NCBI GenBank assembly: GCA_964016885.1
Contig: OZ024741.1
Coordinates: 280,674,001-280,738,000 of the forward strand
DNA length: 64,000 nucleotides
Reading direction: 5' to 3'
DNA from: Eledone cirrhosa
Taxonomy: Eukaryota
Numbering within the stretch: position 1 is the first letter of the stretch; the number at the start of each line of letters is the position of its first letter. This document shows positions 38,953 through 53,032 of this stretch, piece after piece. The translations under genes and the position numbers were made by a program. Below the pieces are notes generated by a model that saw only the letters and a list, made by a program, of their open reading frames with translations, had not been told where the DNA came from and made no database searches.

Positions 38953-40643
38953 TGTGTATATATATATATATACATATGTGTGTGCGTGTGAGAGCGAGAG
39001 AGAGGGGGAGAGAATGAAAATAAATACAAATTAATTTTAAATATCTTTATATTTTTCATGTAATAAATTTTATTCAATTATTCAAATTAAATGTATTTGT
39101 CATGCTGAAACAAATATTTTTTGCAGACTATATATGGGTAGGGATATAGTGGGGGAAACCATAATCTTTAAAGTCTTTAGGAACTCATATGCTTATTTTG
39201 CTTAATGGTTAGTCCACCCCTGACATATCTGGGTACAGAAAAAGTAAAAAGGAATGGGCAGAAGAAAGATACTACAATTGTAGACCTACAATTAGATATA
39301 ACTTTTAATTGGAGACTAGCTGGTGAATTGGCAGAATTGTTAGAATATCAGATAGAATGCATTGCATTTATTGTCTTGGCACTCTGAGTTCAAATCCCAC
39401 CAAGGTCAACTTTACCTTTTATTCTTTCAAATTGATAAAAAAAAAAATACCAGTCCGGTCCAGTACTGAGGTCGATTCTTCTATATTTCTTTCTCACTTC
39501 TCTCTTTCATCTGGAAGAAATTGTCTATATTCCGACCAGGAGGAGGAATGGGCTCCATCAGGTTTAAAATACCCAAATAAGACTGTATGTTACTTTGGTA
39601 CTCCCACTATGACTCCATCAGGGTTTATGGGTATACTCATACATATACATATAATAAAAGGCTATTTTCTGAAGCAGATGTTTTTATTTCCTCATCTTCT
39701 AAGTATAAGCCACTGGCCAATTCATCAATTATTCACATAAAATCCAGAATTCAAAGAAACTAGCAGTAGTTATTTATTCAGTTCACGAACAACACTTCTT
39801 ATAACATCCTACATTTAAATCTAGTAGTGTTTTATGGTGGCTTAAATATTATGATTGTGAAGTTTGTATTACATCAATAACAATTATCCTCTATCAGTCA
39901 GTTTGTAGTGTGTATATATGTCTGTGTGTGTGCCTGTCTATATGTGTGTCTGTATGTATGTGTATGTGTCTATGTGTATGCATGCGTGTGTGTGTGTGTG
40001 TATGTGCTTGCATGTGTGTGTATATATGTGTGCATGTTGTTTGATAGAGTAGGAGTTGGAATATGACATTGAAATGGTTGTGGTTGTAAAATGTTATTGA
40101 TACTATACAAGGCGTGTCAGAATAGAAACCAGTCGGGGGTCGCAAAAAAATATTTCAACTACAAGCTACAAGTTTTCTCCTTCAAAATAATCCCCCTCAA
40201 GTCTAACACTTTACCATCCTTCTCCACAACTACAACTCCATCAAAAATTAAGGGCCCTTTACTTTTTTAGATTATTATTAAAATCATGGTTTGGACATGT
40301 GAACCGTAGTGGTGGGTGGATACATTGATGTAGCAAGATTGTGGCTTCTGGTAGACAGGAAAAGGGGTGCCCACGTAAGACCTGGGATGAGGTAATCAGG
40401 GATAATCTGAACGCCTGAAACCTAGTCCAAAACCTATCCCTGGAGAGATGCTTTGAAAGAGGCTACCAAAACATCTAATGCTTGTGGCAAGTAAAGAAGA
40501 CTTTAAACCAGACAATGATGATGTGATATTATTACTATTACTATATAATTTGGTCTCATTTTGATATTTATTTTGTTTATACATGCATTTATCTAATAGG
40601 TTTGTTTGATCAAACTAAACATGTTCTGTCCTGCTTTTTCCAG

Positions 40644-40724
40644 GTTAAATGTAAAGTTTCTAATGTGTTTATTCAACATGACAACAAAAACATTTTTGAT
40701 AATGATTCAGCACATTTTATGAAA
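40644..40724 (+). CDS. TEX36: TEX36-like protein, exon 3 (HDN motif)
   Basis: tttttccag acceptor, gtaagt donor, 81 bp, phase 0/0. VKCKVSNVFIQHDNKNIFDNDSAHFMK resembles the HDNR signature (F..HDNR..L.N.G.Y). Confidence 0.8.
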
Positions 40725-41989
40725 GTAAGTATTCTATGTTGCTAAAAGAACCAATCCAAAAGATTTATTGGTTTATTTTGTTGATATAGCATTTCAAAAT
40801 GAAGTACTAACTGTTGGCATATCATATTATAATAGATGCATAAAAACAATGCATTGGCAGAATAGTTAGTGCATTGGATGAAATAGATTTAAAATGAAGT
40901 ACCAGTCAAGTACTGAGGTTGATATAATTGACTTACTTTGTTATACATGAGAGGATCATGCTGCCCATAAACACGCACACACACCAGTTGAGTTTCACTT
41001 CAGTTTTGTTATTAGTCAGGTAATTTGGGTGGTGGATTGGCAGTTTTGGTGGAGCATCAGCCAGCATGCTTTGTGGCATAGAGATACATCCCTTTACGTT
41101 CTGAGTTCAAATCCCACCAAGGTTAGCTTTGCTTTTCATCCTTACGGGGTTGACAAAATAGAATACCAGTAATGTACTGGAGTCAATTTAATTGACTTTC
41201 CCCTCCCCTCAAATTGTTGACCTTGTGCCTAAATCAGAAACCATTATTACTTAGGTAATTAATCCATTCCTCAATTAGTTTAGTAACCAAATGGTTATTT
41301 AATTGTCAAAACTCTTTTGTCACACATTCTGTGACCTTCTCAATGACTATTTTTGCTCCTCTGTGTCTCTAAGTTTTCAATTGATTTTATTTACTCCATC
41401 TTGTCTTTCTGTAATGCAAGAATAGCTATTGAGATGGTCACAGAATATGTGGCAAAAGAGCTTTGACAATTAAATAACCATCCACTTTTTAAACATTTAG
41501 ATTAATTTCAGAACTTTAGAGGTTTTATTAGAAGTTTATTAGAGTTTTTATTAGAAATCACTAAACATTCAGTTTATAGATAAACAAATTATGACAACTA
41601 TATTTTACAAAAAGAAGTTCTCAATGATGGAAATATGAAAAAAGTAGAAAGATAAAAAAACAAAATTAAATATTGAAAAAAGTGGGGGAAGGGGTAAAGA
41701 AGGGCAGATCTGGTTGTATAGGAAAGGATTATGAAGACTATAAATGAGAGGAAAAGAAGAGAAAGAACAAAAACTATTAGGCCATGGAAGAAAGAGACGG
41801 GGGAAGAGAAGAGGTGACAGGCTTTATGGCTAGGACGGGGCGGTGTATCGGCTGTGCCCCACAGACTAAACTGCAGAGGCATTTCTGCAGACAATGGCCA
41901 GTGATACTTGCTGTAACAGCCACTCAGCCTCACGAGGCTCCTTCCTTAGATGGGCTGCTGATGTTCCAATTTTATAGACAAGCTAAAAA

Positions 41990-42755
41990 ATTAGAAATAA
42001 GAGGGATCAGATGTTGTTTACTCGAGAGAAGTCTACGTTGGTATGGTCACGTGATGCGCATGAAAGACGACAGCTGTATAACAAAGTGCAGGGCAATAAA
42101 GATAGATGGTAGCCACGGAGTAGGCAGACCCAGAAAAACCTGGGATGAACTGATAAATTCCGACCTCACACACTTACACCTCTCCAAGACAATGTCACTG
42201 GACCGAGAGCTTTGGCGGTACTCAGTAATAGAGAAGACCCGCGTTACCTAAATACAAAGTAAAACCTACTACAGTCAGTAGGCATCTCTAACAAAATACA
42301 CCCCTGTCCCACCACCCCCACCCCATCCACACCGCCCCTTTCAATGTAAAGTTATGTTGGTGCCACAAAATCCAGGCCGAAACAAATGAGATCATGTAGG
42401 TGTCACGACAAAAAAACACACAGTCCACGCTGTAATGTGACCGTGTAGGCAACATGGTAAAAACGTCCCAGTCCCACACTGTAAATGTGGTTGGTGTTAG
42501 GAAGGGCATCCAGCTGTAGAAAACCTGCCAGACAGTCCATGCTGTAATGTGGCCGTGTAGGCAACATGGTAAAAACCTCCCAGCCCCACACTGTAAATGT
42601 GGTTGGTGTTAGGAAGGGCATCCAACTGTAGAAAACCCGCCAGACAGTCCTATGCGAGCAAGACAACCACTCTTGCCTCAAGTGGGAAAACTCCCGTCCA
42701 AACCCATGCAAGCATGGAACACGGACGTTAAACGATGATGATGATGATGATGATG
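41990..42755 (+). mobile_element. RTE LINE 3' fragment with 3' UTR
   Basis: LRWYGHVMRM...GRPRKTW motif; internal duplication in the UTR; (gat)n tail. Confidence 0.85.
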
Positions 42756-42899
42756 AAGCTCGGCTGTACTGGGTCAGAGGACAAACCCCAGTATTTGTTT
42801 GTCTTCCTGTCCTTTGCATAGCAAACTACAGTACCAGGGTTTGTGACCCAAGTGACTAAGTTGGAGGCAGAGAACATGTCACAACATGTGACATCCCAG

Positions 42900-44372
42900 A
42901 GAACATGTCACAACATGTGACAGTGGGCAATGTCTTGCAGCCTAGATAACTTGCAAGTCAGTCAAAAATGACCTGAGCAAGGCGCTAAGCCCTGTCCAGC
43001 TCAGAGTAGGAGTCAAATGCAGATTTAAAGCTTCAGCTCATGCAACCAAACACTTTATAGAGCATGTGTCTCCTTTGTCACCGCCACCCTGTGAAGCTAG
43101 ATATGAGAAACACCTTCAACAGTGTTAGGCGGGATCACGTCTCAGATAAGCTCCCTCAATTTACCCTCTTGCTTACCTCTCATATGGAAGACCCAGCTTA
43201 CTTATGGCCGCTGACAACAAGGTTACTTCCACTACACTGGCAGTTGATGATGTTACCTGCTCTGTCCTGTCGCCCTCCTACCTGGACAATGCAACCCTGA
43301 GTGGCTTGGCTGAAATGATTGTCGAGGACTTTCAGCTAATCATCCCAGCTCTAAAGCTCCTCAGATTTGAGATCAACCCATCCAAGTCTGAGGTGATAAA
43401 TGATAGCTACAGAGAGGCTGAATTCCACAATATCATACTCTGCACCCATCCCACCTTGTCCAGGGCTCAGCTAATGCCCAAAGACGCCACCTGTTTTCTT
43501 GGCTTTCAAATTCTCTAGAAAGCCATATGAAAGTGCCTGGAGACCAAGAATGCAGACATGTTGAGATTGACAAAGAGGCTGTGCCTCATTGACGTTCATC
43601 CAGTGCTCTTCCTCCTGAGGAACTGCTTCACCCTTCCCAAATCTTCGACAGCATCGGCTGGCAACAGGAAAAGCTCCCAGTGGGGTTTGGTGGCCTCGGC
43701 CTCCAATACACTTAGGATCTGGCACTGCCAACGTACCTCTCTTCAATCTTCTCCAGTCACACCCCTATCAATGAGATTCTCAGCAAGACAGCTGAACCTG
43801 ATGTGACTCTAGAACTGGAGCAGGCTCTGGCCAACTGGACAGGTGAAGGCATCTGTTTCCCAGTATACAAATGTCCAACGTAACTGGGACGATATCAAGT
43901 GCAGGTCTTCCTTCAGGCAGATCAAGTCTGGCTTGGACACTGCCTCGCCTGTCTCCGATTAGCTTTGCAGCCAAACAGTGGTGGGTGGCTCAATTTGGTG
44001 CACTCATCATCAGCCGGTACCCTTTTTGATGACAGATGCACTCATATTGGAGTGGCCCATTGGCATATGTGAGCCACACAAATGCTATTGTGGGGCTGTC
44101 ATTGACGAGTTTGGCCTGTACCTACTGTCATGCCAGTTCCCTTGATATACCACTCTCAATGATACATTGAGAAGGAGCCTGTTTGCAGCTGGCTTCTCAT
44201 CACAATTGGAGCCAGCAAGCCTCGACCGTGGAGATGGCAACCACCCCAACAGAATGACCCTCTTCCCATTTGAAGGAGGTAAATCCCTTATCTGGTACGC
44301 CACATTTTCTGACACATTCTCCAACTCCAACTTAGTCACTTTGGCCACAAACCACAGTACTGCAGCCCGTTT
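42900..44372 (+). mobile_element. Degenerate RLE-type non-LTR retrotransposon (CRE-like), RT and EN remnants
   Basis: PVQL.VGV, KLDMRNTFNSVRRD, YLDN, EINPSKSE, LFLLRNCF, LEPASLDRGDGNHPNRMTLFPFEGGKSLIW; many frameshifts. Confidence 0.7.
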
Positions 44373-45124
44373 TTAAACTAACCAAGGAATGGATTACTTA
44401 CCCACCTAATAATAAAACAGATGAGTGTGTTTTTATTGGCAGCATAACTCTTTCAAAGTATAACAATTTCTGTTTTGACACAATTTTATATAAAAAAATC
44501 TTGTAAAATAAATACAAAAATGGAAGACTCTTCAGTTGCACCATAGACATGACAACCTACACAAGAAACAAACTGTAAATTGGTTGGTGATAGGAAGGTC
44601 ATTCAGCCATAAAAAACCTGCCAAAGGGTCGGGAAGACTCTTTCTAATGCCACAGGCAGAAAAATGTAGTTTACCAATAAATATAGTATTTCAGTAGTTT
44701 AGATATAAAAGCTATAACAGAGAAATTGTTATCATATATATTAACAATTAATGTAAAACAAATAAAAATAGTTATGATTCTTAAAGTTATATCCTTCGCT
44801 ACAAAAATAAACACACAAACTTATTTCTAATTTAAATATATATCAAATATAATTTTATGAATTATCAAAGTGCTGGAAGCATTTGAAATTTGCAAGTCAC
44901 AAATGCACAAAATAACTGTGATAACAGTCAATCACTATAAATAATATAATAGTTGAGAAGATTGGAAACACCTCTGTCCACTTTTTCTGTGTAACAGTAA
45001 ATTATCCAATTTTCTAAACTATTATCTAAGTGGTCAACTCTTATTTTCTGCATTTGGGACTCACACATTTCCAAATATAGAATATAACTTTTTTTTTTTT
45101 TTTTTTTTCTTGTTACTTTTATAG

Positions 45125-45457
45125 AAAGGTAAAAGGCGCTGTGCTGAATGCAGGAACCTTACTGAAAACGACATGTTGTACTATAATGATTCTACTGTAA
45201 TGCCAGCTTCTACATATTCTGATTCATACAAAGATTTAGGAAAGCTAAGTGAAACAACATCCCATAGACGTTTTCCTAAAGAATATGCTGATCCTAAACC
45301 TGTAAAACTGAAATTGGAAACACCTATAACCTGGTTTAATTGTTCAGATAATCACAAATACTCCACAAATTTATTAGTAAATAGTCTTCCAATTGCTACC
45401 AAACAAAACCCATGGAAATATGCATATAGTGGATCAACAAATGTTTATCCAAGATAA
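45125..45457 (+). CDS. TEX36: TEX36-like protein, terminal exon 4
   Basis: Long poly-T tract plus atag acceptor. 110 codons KGKRR...STYSDSY...SHRRFPKEY...NPWKYAYSG...*; the RRFP motif is shared with TEX36. Confidence 0.8.
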   Translation, partial: KGKRRCAECRNLTENDMLYYNDSTVMPASTYSDSYKDLGKLSETTSHRRFPKEYADPKPVKLKLETPITWFNCSDNHKYSTNLLVNSLPIATKQNPWKYAYSGSTNVYPR

Positions 45458-45604
45458 TTAATTTACAGCCATATACATAACCCTCTTTTTTCTTAAGTAA
45501 CATTCACAGTTCAAATTTACAAAAACTGAATATATATTTTAACTGGATGAAAACTGATCAATTAAAAGTTAAATTGGAGTCTTAAAAGAAAATTACATGC
45601 TCTG

Positions 45605-45920
45605 TTATCATTGTAAATTGCTACAATGGCAAAGGGGATGCACTAGAGAGAAGTAACTATAGAGGCATCAAGCTGATGGACCAGGTTATGAAAGTTGCTG
45701 AAAGGGTTATAGCACAACTAATTAGGGACAGAATTAAGTTAGATGAAATGCAGTTCAGATTTATGCCAGGTAGGGGTACTACCGATACTCTCTTTCAGAT
45801 GAAACAACTACAGGAGAGGTACTTAGCTAAGAGAAAGCCACTGTACCTAGCATTTATAGATCTGGAGAAAGCCTTTCACAGGGTTTCATGTTCTATAATT
45901 TGGTGGGCACTTAGGAAATT
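45605..45920 (+). mobile_element. RTE LINE RT fragment
   Basis: NYRGIKL...KVAERVI...LDEMQF.FMPGRGTTD...AFIDLEKAF. Confidence 0.8.
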
Positions 45921-46548
45921 TGAAAGTGGGCACTTAGGAAATATGACCCTTTCCACCACTTTGGATATTTCAACAAGGCAGAGATAATTAGTGATTAATA
46001 TATTGATTGTATGAAATTATATAAACTAACTTAAGAATAAACATTTGTATCAAACTGTAATCCATTAAAGTTTGGTAATGCACTTCTCTGAGGCATGTGC
46101 TCTAGTTGTCTTAATAGTATTGCCAGCCCTCTGTAAGAGTAGATGCTTCTGCGGAACACTCAGAGATCTGCCGGGGGAAGAGTAGAAAATATGATTGATT
46201 ATTAATGTAGATTTCTATTAATGACATTTCAATTAGCTATGTATGCAAATATGTTAGTGTTGACGTATTCAGTCGGTTTTACAGGTGACCGACTACGCAT
46301 CATTGCCCCAGTGATGTGGGCCTTGACAGTTTGGGGGCCACTTCATGGACCCAGCAGAGGGCAGAATGCCGAAAATGTTGCCCTGGAGGATGGCAAGAGA
46401 GTCATGTTGGAATGGCCATTCCAACTCCGCCACGATAGTAGGGAGTAGGGATCTGGTCCATGGGACCAAGACTGTCGGAAGTTTCCACTGTTACCGGTTC
46501 GGCCACAAACCTATCAGAGAGCAACCAATATTTCAATAGTTTGCACTC

Positions 46549-46588
46549 TTCAGCCTGACGACCAGTGAAGCCTAGGTTAGTCGCTGAA
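46549..46588 (+). ncRNA. Compact hammerhead-like motif with a GAAG core variant
   Basis: ttcagc-CTGACGA-ccagt-GAAG-cctaggttag-TC-gctgaa with a perfect 6-bp stem I. Confidence 0.5.
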
Positions 46589-49369
46589 TTAATCAGTCAC
46601 CCATATATTAATTTAACGGACTAGAAGTTCAGTTGATCGAACAACAGTAATTTTATTAAAAGTATAAAGGATAAAGATCCCCAAACTCCTTGTAGAATCG
46701 TAGAAGCACCGTCATACGGTGTGTCAGGGCGGAGCCCAACCCTCTCCAGGTCTGAACACAGCCGCTTTTTTCTATAGAGGAAGAATCAACCCTAGTACTG
46801 GACTGGTACATTTTTATCGACCTCGAAAGGATGAAAGGCAAAGTTGACCACGGCGAGATTTGAACTCAGAGTGCGCAAAGAGGTGAGACGAATACCATAA
46901 AGCAACGTCTTAACAACTCACCGCCAATTCACCGCCTTTTATATAACAAATATATAAGATTAAATAGAAGTACGTACATATAATCAATTAATTATTGCTA
47001 GGAAACTTATAAATATAATACAGAAAAATAAAGGAAAGGGAAAAAACCTTATCAATTCAACACTGATTATTGATTGTCGAGACCAACAGAGATTTATTAT
47101 GACACGTGTGGTGGTGAAGAGAAATAAATTCACAGGAAATAAGAGGTTTAACCTAGAATGCTTTAGCATTTAAACTGGCCATATCCAGCCAGAATTCTCT
47201 CACCTCTTTCTGTTCAAACCAGCCATAACTAGCCACTCATACTGATGTTAAGGTATTGTTCTCAAAATAAATAATATCAAAATTTCATAGATTCGATATT
47301 ATGTGAGATAATTATGAGGTAAAGCCTTTACCACGAAAATACAATAGTAAATATAGAGTAATGTAAATACTAAAGGGTTAAATCGTAATGTGTTTATAGT
47401 GAGCTTTTTTGGTAAATTTTTACAATTACATCTCTCTTGTGTTGGCAATGAAATTTGTTATTCCTGTTTTTTGTTTTCTTTTTGTGTGTTTTGAGCATCA
47501 GATTCCTTCAAAACATAAAAAAACAAATGTCCACTCCAATGCAAGATGGGTGTAATTATACAAATTTTCCTTTTCTTCCATTATCTCTAAAGTCTGTCTC
47601 AAGCCAGGAGGCTTGTCAGGCCGGTGCTTATCCCAGTTTTGTGGCGTGAAGTAACTGATAGTACAGGACACCAGTCCATCATAGGGTTAAACTCCCAGTT
47701 ATTACTGGTGCTCATTTTCTGATAAATATATTGGAGTAACGTGAAATGAAGTGTTTTACCCAAGAACATAGCACACAACCTAGGAATTGAACTCACAACA
47801 TTATGATCATAAGTCCAACAACACCCTTACCACTAGGCCACACACCTCGACCTTATATATATATTCATATTTTTATTTTCAAAAAATAACTTTTTAAGGT
47901 TTCCCCTGAAAAATATATGTTTTTGTTTTGCCTTGTTTTCATTTGTTTTCTTGTCCTCTCTTCGTTGATTTTCCTAAGTTTAACATTACTAAGCTGTGAC
48001 AAATGTCTTCTTTCTTCTCTCCCCATTAATTTCAATGGCTCCCATTTTCTTTTTAACACATCTTGCTTTCTTCTTCTGGCCTTTTTTCCCCCTTCCTTTT
48101 CTTTTTTTTTTTTCCTTCTTTTCACTCACAAGAGTTTCATGCTATAAGAAGCAGAATACCTTTTGCTTGTTGTCATGTGAAATCCAATGTCTACTTGTCA
48201 TAGCTTAATTGTTATAAGTTGCTGTTTGTCTCGTCTTTTACTCCATAGGACAGTGCTTTGACTTGTGTCAGACACTGTGACCCCAGGTGGACCAGTAACA
48301 CTGTTTGTAGGGGTCGAAACTGCCAAAGTCCATCTCAATGGCCGATGACCTTGGAGTTCTGTGTCTTTCATTTGTATTTTTATTTTCAAAAAATAATTTT
48401 TTTATTTTTTCCCTTAAAAAAATTGTTTTAAATGTACAAATAGACAAAAATATACCTAATCTTTTCTTCAAAGTCCCGACTATACAGTTTCACCAATTAG
48501 TATGCAGCCAGATTGCAACTAACGTGCACTGGGGCTGTGAGGTTATCGACTTGCCAAGAGACCCCTCAAAGAAAGGATAAATTTCTGAACTGACCGCTAC
48601 AAGTGAAACATTTTCGGGAGGGAAAATTATCATGTGGTATAATGGTCACAGAAGGGTGGTAAAGGGTGAACGGTTGGCGAATAACATGTTTGCTAGAAGA
48701 AGCAATCGGTTTCTACCTAATTTTTACTCAACCGTAAGAGAGTTAAGGCAAATTAATAAGATATATATACATATAGATATACAAGTATAAACACATATAT
48801 ATGTGGTGTCCCTCCTTTACCAGTTTTGATCATTATATATATATATATAGTGTATGTGAATCAGTGAATTACTGGTGGTGGTACCAAAACGAGCACTCAA
48901 TACACAAGCAGAGTGTATATATTAAGAAAAACTGAAATTTCATATATATCATCATCATCACTGTTTTACATCCATTCGTCCATACCAGCATGGGTTAGAC
49001 AAGCTGTCCTGTTGTGGGCAATGCTAATTCAGGTGACCATGCTTTGCTTATACAGAACTGATTTTGGCTTGGTTTCTACAACCTGATGCCCTTCCTAATG
49101 CCAACCTCATTTACAGTGAGTACTGGGTGCTTTTTATCGTGATGCCTACATGACCACTTTACGGTGTGGGCAGTGTGCTTTTCATCATGATACTTACACG
49201 ACCACTTTACAGTGCGAGGGTGGCAGGACGTACTGTATATATGCTTCAGCTTCGGCCTATGCCCATGGGAAGTCGGTTCTTCTGTATTACTGCGTAACAC
49301 CAGAGGTCACGGTCATGTGTCATTGCCTTTGGGAGGTACAATTGGGCAAGGTCAGCCTTTATTACCTTA

Positions 49370-51270
49370 TCTCAAGTTTTCCTGGGTCTCCCAACTCCAA
49401 GGCTTCCATCGACTTTGAGCGTTCTACACCTTTTTATACAGCTGCCATCCTTCATACACATCATATGTCCATACCAATGTAATTTCCTCTCTTGCACACA
49501 ACATTTGACTCCTCTTATGCCTAGTCTCTCTCTCAGTTCATTTATGCTTTGCCATTCACATATTACACATCCATCGGAGCATGCAAGCTTCAATTCTTTC
49601 CAACGTACTCAAGTCTTCTGCACACAGTGTCCATGTCTCACTACCATGCAACATTGATGTTCATATGCACACATCATACAGTCTGCCTTTCATTTTGAAG
49701 GTAAAACCTTTTGTAGCTAGCAGTGGTATTAGCTCCCTGAACTCCTTCCACTACTATACTTTCAGAACACCCACCTCTGCTACTAACTCGGTCACCCAGG
49801 TAGCAGAAGCTGTCTACTGTTTCGACAGAGCCCTCCCAGAATTTGGTAGCATTTGTTTCCTGTAGTCATTTGCTGCTTTTTGTCTCAGTGCAACTGCTAC
49901 ATGTAAAGCCTACATCTCTTAGCTAAACTTCCTGAGATCCCACTACATCTCTTGTGTATCCATAGTTTCCATATGGGGCAGAGGATGGAGTTTCTACCTA
50001 CACCTTTCCTACATACTGAGCAAGGCCATTTCCCCTAGGGGATAAGGGTTCTGTTTTCTTTTCTACTTACTAGGACCTTAGTCTTTATCAGGTTGACTTT
50101 AAGACCCCTTATTTCTAGGCCCTGCTTCCATGTTTGGAATTTCTTCTCTAGTTCTACCTAGATTCAGCTATGAGTGTAAGATCATCAGTGTACAGATGTT
50201 CCCATGGACAGCTGGTCTTAAACTCTTCTGTTATAGCCTGAAAAACGATAATAAACATGAGAGGGTGAAGAACAGAACAGAGTCCTGGTGGACGCCAAAT
50301 TTCTCGCTATAGTCATTGTTAATCCTAACTCTGCTGACTGCTCCTCTGTACATGGCTTGTACATCTTCAAAAGACATTCATCTACTCCTGCTTTTCTAAA
50401 AGCCACCAGATTATGGCTCAGGGCACTCTATTGAAAGCTTTCTAGATCAACAAATGCCAGCCAGAGTGGCTTTCTTTTAGTTAGATATTTTTCCTGTAAC
50501 TGCCTCACAAGGAAGAGGGCATCAGTGGTGCTTTTGCCTGGTACAAATCCAAACTGCATCTCATCTAGATTTACTCTGTCCCTAATCAACTGTGCTATGA
50601 CTCTTTCTGTTACTTTCACGCATCTTTCTTCTCGGCCCCTTGAGAGCAAATGTACCTTTATCATCCCAGATACACTTCTCACCAATGATGACATCGCAAT
50701 TTTCTCTAACACACTGCCTCGCAATCCTGAACACCTGTTTCTGGCCCTCATGCTTGAATTTTTTATCTTCCATTTCCCTTCTTGTTAAGTATACTTTATC
50801 CTCCACTTCCCTCCTGGCCTCTATGTAGTGTAACCTGCTTCCCTCATTCTTCCATTGTTTCCATGCCCATCTCTTGGCTTTAATTACCTCATCTACCTTA
50901 TTGTTTCACCACCAAGACACCCTCTTTCTCCCTGTAGTCTTGCTCCATCCACAGATCTTCTCTATCACCTTTAGTAGATTATGTTTTAGGAACTCCCAGT
51001 GCTCTTCTATATTGAATGTTTCTATCTGTCCTTCTTTACTGTCATAAGCATTAAGTAAAATATCTCTAAATCTGTTACTGGCTGAGGGATCTTTCAGCTT
51101 CCAGATCTTTCTTCTCCGGGTTGCCTTCTGTTTCCAAGTTCGTCTAGCTCTAACTACTAGGCTGTGCTGGAGGGTTCATCCCTCGCCAGGGAAGGCTTTC
51201 ATGTTTACAACCGTCCATCTATCTCATCTTCTGGTAATGATAAGATCTATTTAACTAGAATGCTCCCCAT
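49370..51270 (-). mobile_element. Degenerate RTE LINE (EN tail, RT, C-terminus)
   Basis: LDEMQFGFVPGKSTTDALFLVRQLQEKY...AFVDLE; LHWYGHMM...GRPRKT; frameshifted. Confidence 0.85.
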
Positions 51271-51497
51271 ATTTTCCTGAATTTAGTATTTTGTGTGTCG
51301 ACCTGTTTCACAGAGGATTAGCTCAAGGTCACCCACAGAAGTTATGGGCCCAACTCCATTATCGATCTGCTCATCAGACTGGTGATTCAACAAAAAATAC
51401 ATTTTATATATATAAGTTTATCCCGGGTTCAATCAGGATAAACACAGTAAGTAAGGTACTCAATACACAGCAGAGTATAAATATTTAATATAGAAAT

Positions 51498-51548
51498 GGC
51501 TTCTACAAGACTAGAACTGTTTCATTTGGGAGAAATCATCAGGAAGCC
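51498..51548 (-). ncRNA. Type I hammerhead ribozyme
   Basis: Minus strand ggcttc-CTGATGA-tttctcccaaat-GAAA-ca(gttctagtct)tg-TA-gaagcc, 6-bp stem I, GUA site. A second, weaker core lies at about 51290-51380 (-). Confidence 0.7.
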
Positions 51549-51724
51549 CCGTGTTAAATTATTTTTTTGTTTTTTTTTATGTAATTAAGAAAGATATTAT
51601 TAATTAGATTTTAAATTATCTAATTTTTTTTTTGATTTTTGTTAAATTTTTATTTTATTAAATAATTTTAAGAAAAGTAAATAAGGAAGATAAATTATAA
51701 TATTCAAAAGTGCCTATTATACAT

Positions 51725-52170
51725 CATAATAATTGTTTCTACTTTTGGCCCAAGGCCAGCAATACCCAGTGTATTACTGGTACTTTATTTTATCGACCCT
51801 GTAAGGATGAAAGGCAAAGTTAACCTCGACGGATTTGAACTCAGAATGGAAAGGGCCGTAACTCTTCATAATAATTATGTCTACTTTTGGCACAAGGCCA
51901 GCAATTATCTTACTGCATTACTGGTACTTTATTTTATCGACGAAAGGGCCGTAACTCTTCATAATAATTATTTCTACTTTTGGCACAAGGCCAGCAATTA
52001 TCTCACTGCATTACTGGTACTTTATTTTATCGACGAAAGGGCCGTAACTCTTCATAATAATTATTTCTACTTTTGGCACAAGGCCAGCAATTATCTCACT
52101 GGTACTTTATTTTATCGACCCCGTAAGGATGAAAGGCAAAGTTAACCTCGGCGGGATTTGAACTCGGACC
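51725..52170 (-). repeat. tRNA-derived SINE with a tandemly amplified ~93-bp 3' segment
   Basis: Three units gaaagggccgtaactcttcataataattat.tctacttttggcacaaggccagcaattat...ttttatcgac between SINE heads. Confidence 0.8.
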
Positions 52171-52299
52171 ATAAAGAGCTGTAACTCTATGCTGCTCCTC
52201 AGACTGGTGATTCACCAAAAAATACATTTTATATATATAAGTTTATCCTGGGTTCAATCAGGATAAACACAGTAAGATACTCCGACCCTCTAGCGATAC

Positions 52300-52540
52300 T
52301 GCCAATCCACATCCAATATAGAAGATGTTTTCTTGAATAGCACGGCACCAAAGGTACTCCTGAAAGTGAGTGCCGAAAAGTGCCTCGCTTGTCCCTCTCA
52401 TGGCACGGAATTTGACTTTGCAAAGCCCCCAGCTGCCTTCCACACGGTTTGTGTGGATTGTAGGGTCGTTGGGATCCACAAAGTTGTAACGATGACTTAC
52501 AACTGCATGTTTCGGGAGGGCATTGCATGACTGCCAAGCA
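52300..52540 (-). mobile_element. Merlin/IS1595-like (ISXO2) transposase C-terminal fragment
   Basis: F(V)DPNDPTIHTNRVEGSWGLCK...RG......F..H.QEYLW.R matches the HTN.IE..W...K signature. Confidence 0.75.
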
Positions 52541-53032
52541 ATAAAAAAAAATTAAATAATTTAAAATTTAATTAATATTTTTCTTACCTAATTACATAAA
52601 ACAAAATTCAACATAACCCCCTTCCTTCCTCAATCATTCATAAACGTGTATGTAATTATTATTTTGTACCCGCCGAGGTTGACTTTGCCTTTCATCCTTA
52701 CGGGGTCGATAAAATAAAGTACCAGTAATGCACTGAGTAACTGCTGGCCTTGTGCCAAAAGTAGAAACAATTATTTTGTATAATGTGTCTATTTATGAAT
52801 ATGTATGAGTAGATGTGTGTGAGAGAGAGTTTACACTTATGTTGTCTGAATCTGTTTACGTGTAGATGCGTGTGTATCTAACTAAAGCTTAACGTGCGTT
52901 ACGAACGGACGACTTGTTTTTTAACATTTGATGATGGAAAAGATTTCAAATTGTCTTAACTCAGACCGTAAAGGGCCGCAACTCATAGTGTTTAACACTC
53001 TTTCCGGCTACATATCCTGGGAGTCTATTTTA

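Noticed and set aside
47865-48700. Further exons of a minus-strand gene
   Set aside because: Lys-rich ORF derived from a T-rich tract; a candidate acceptor near 48693 gives a short frame with no recognisable homology.
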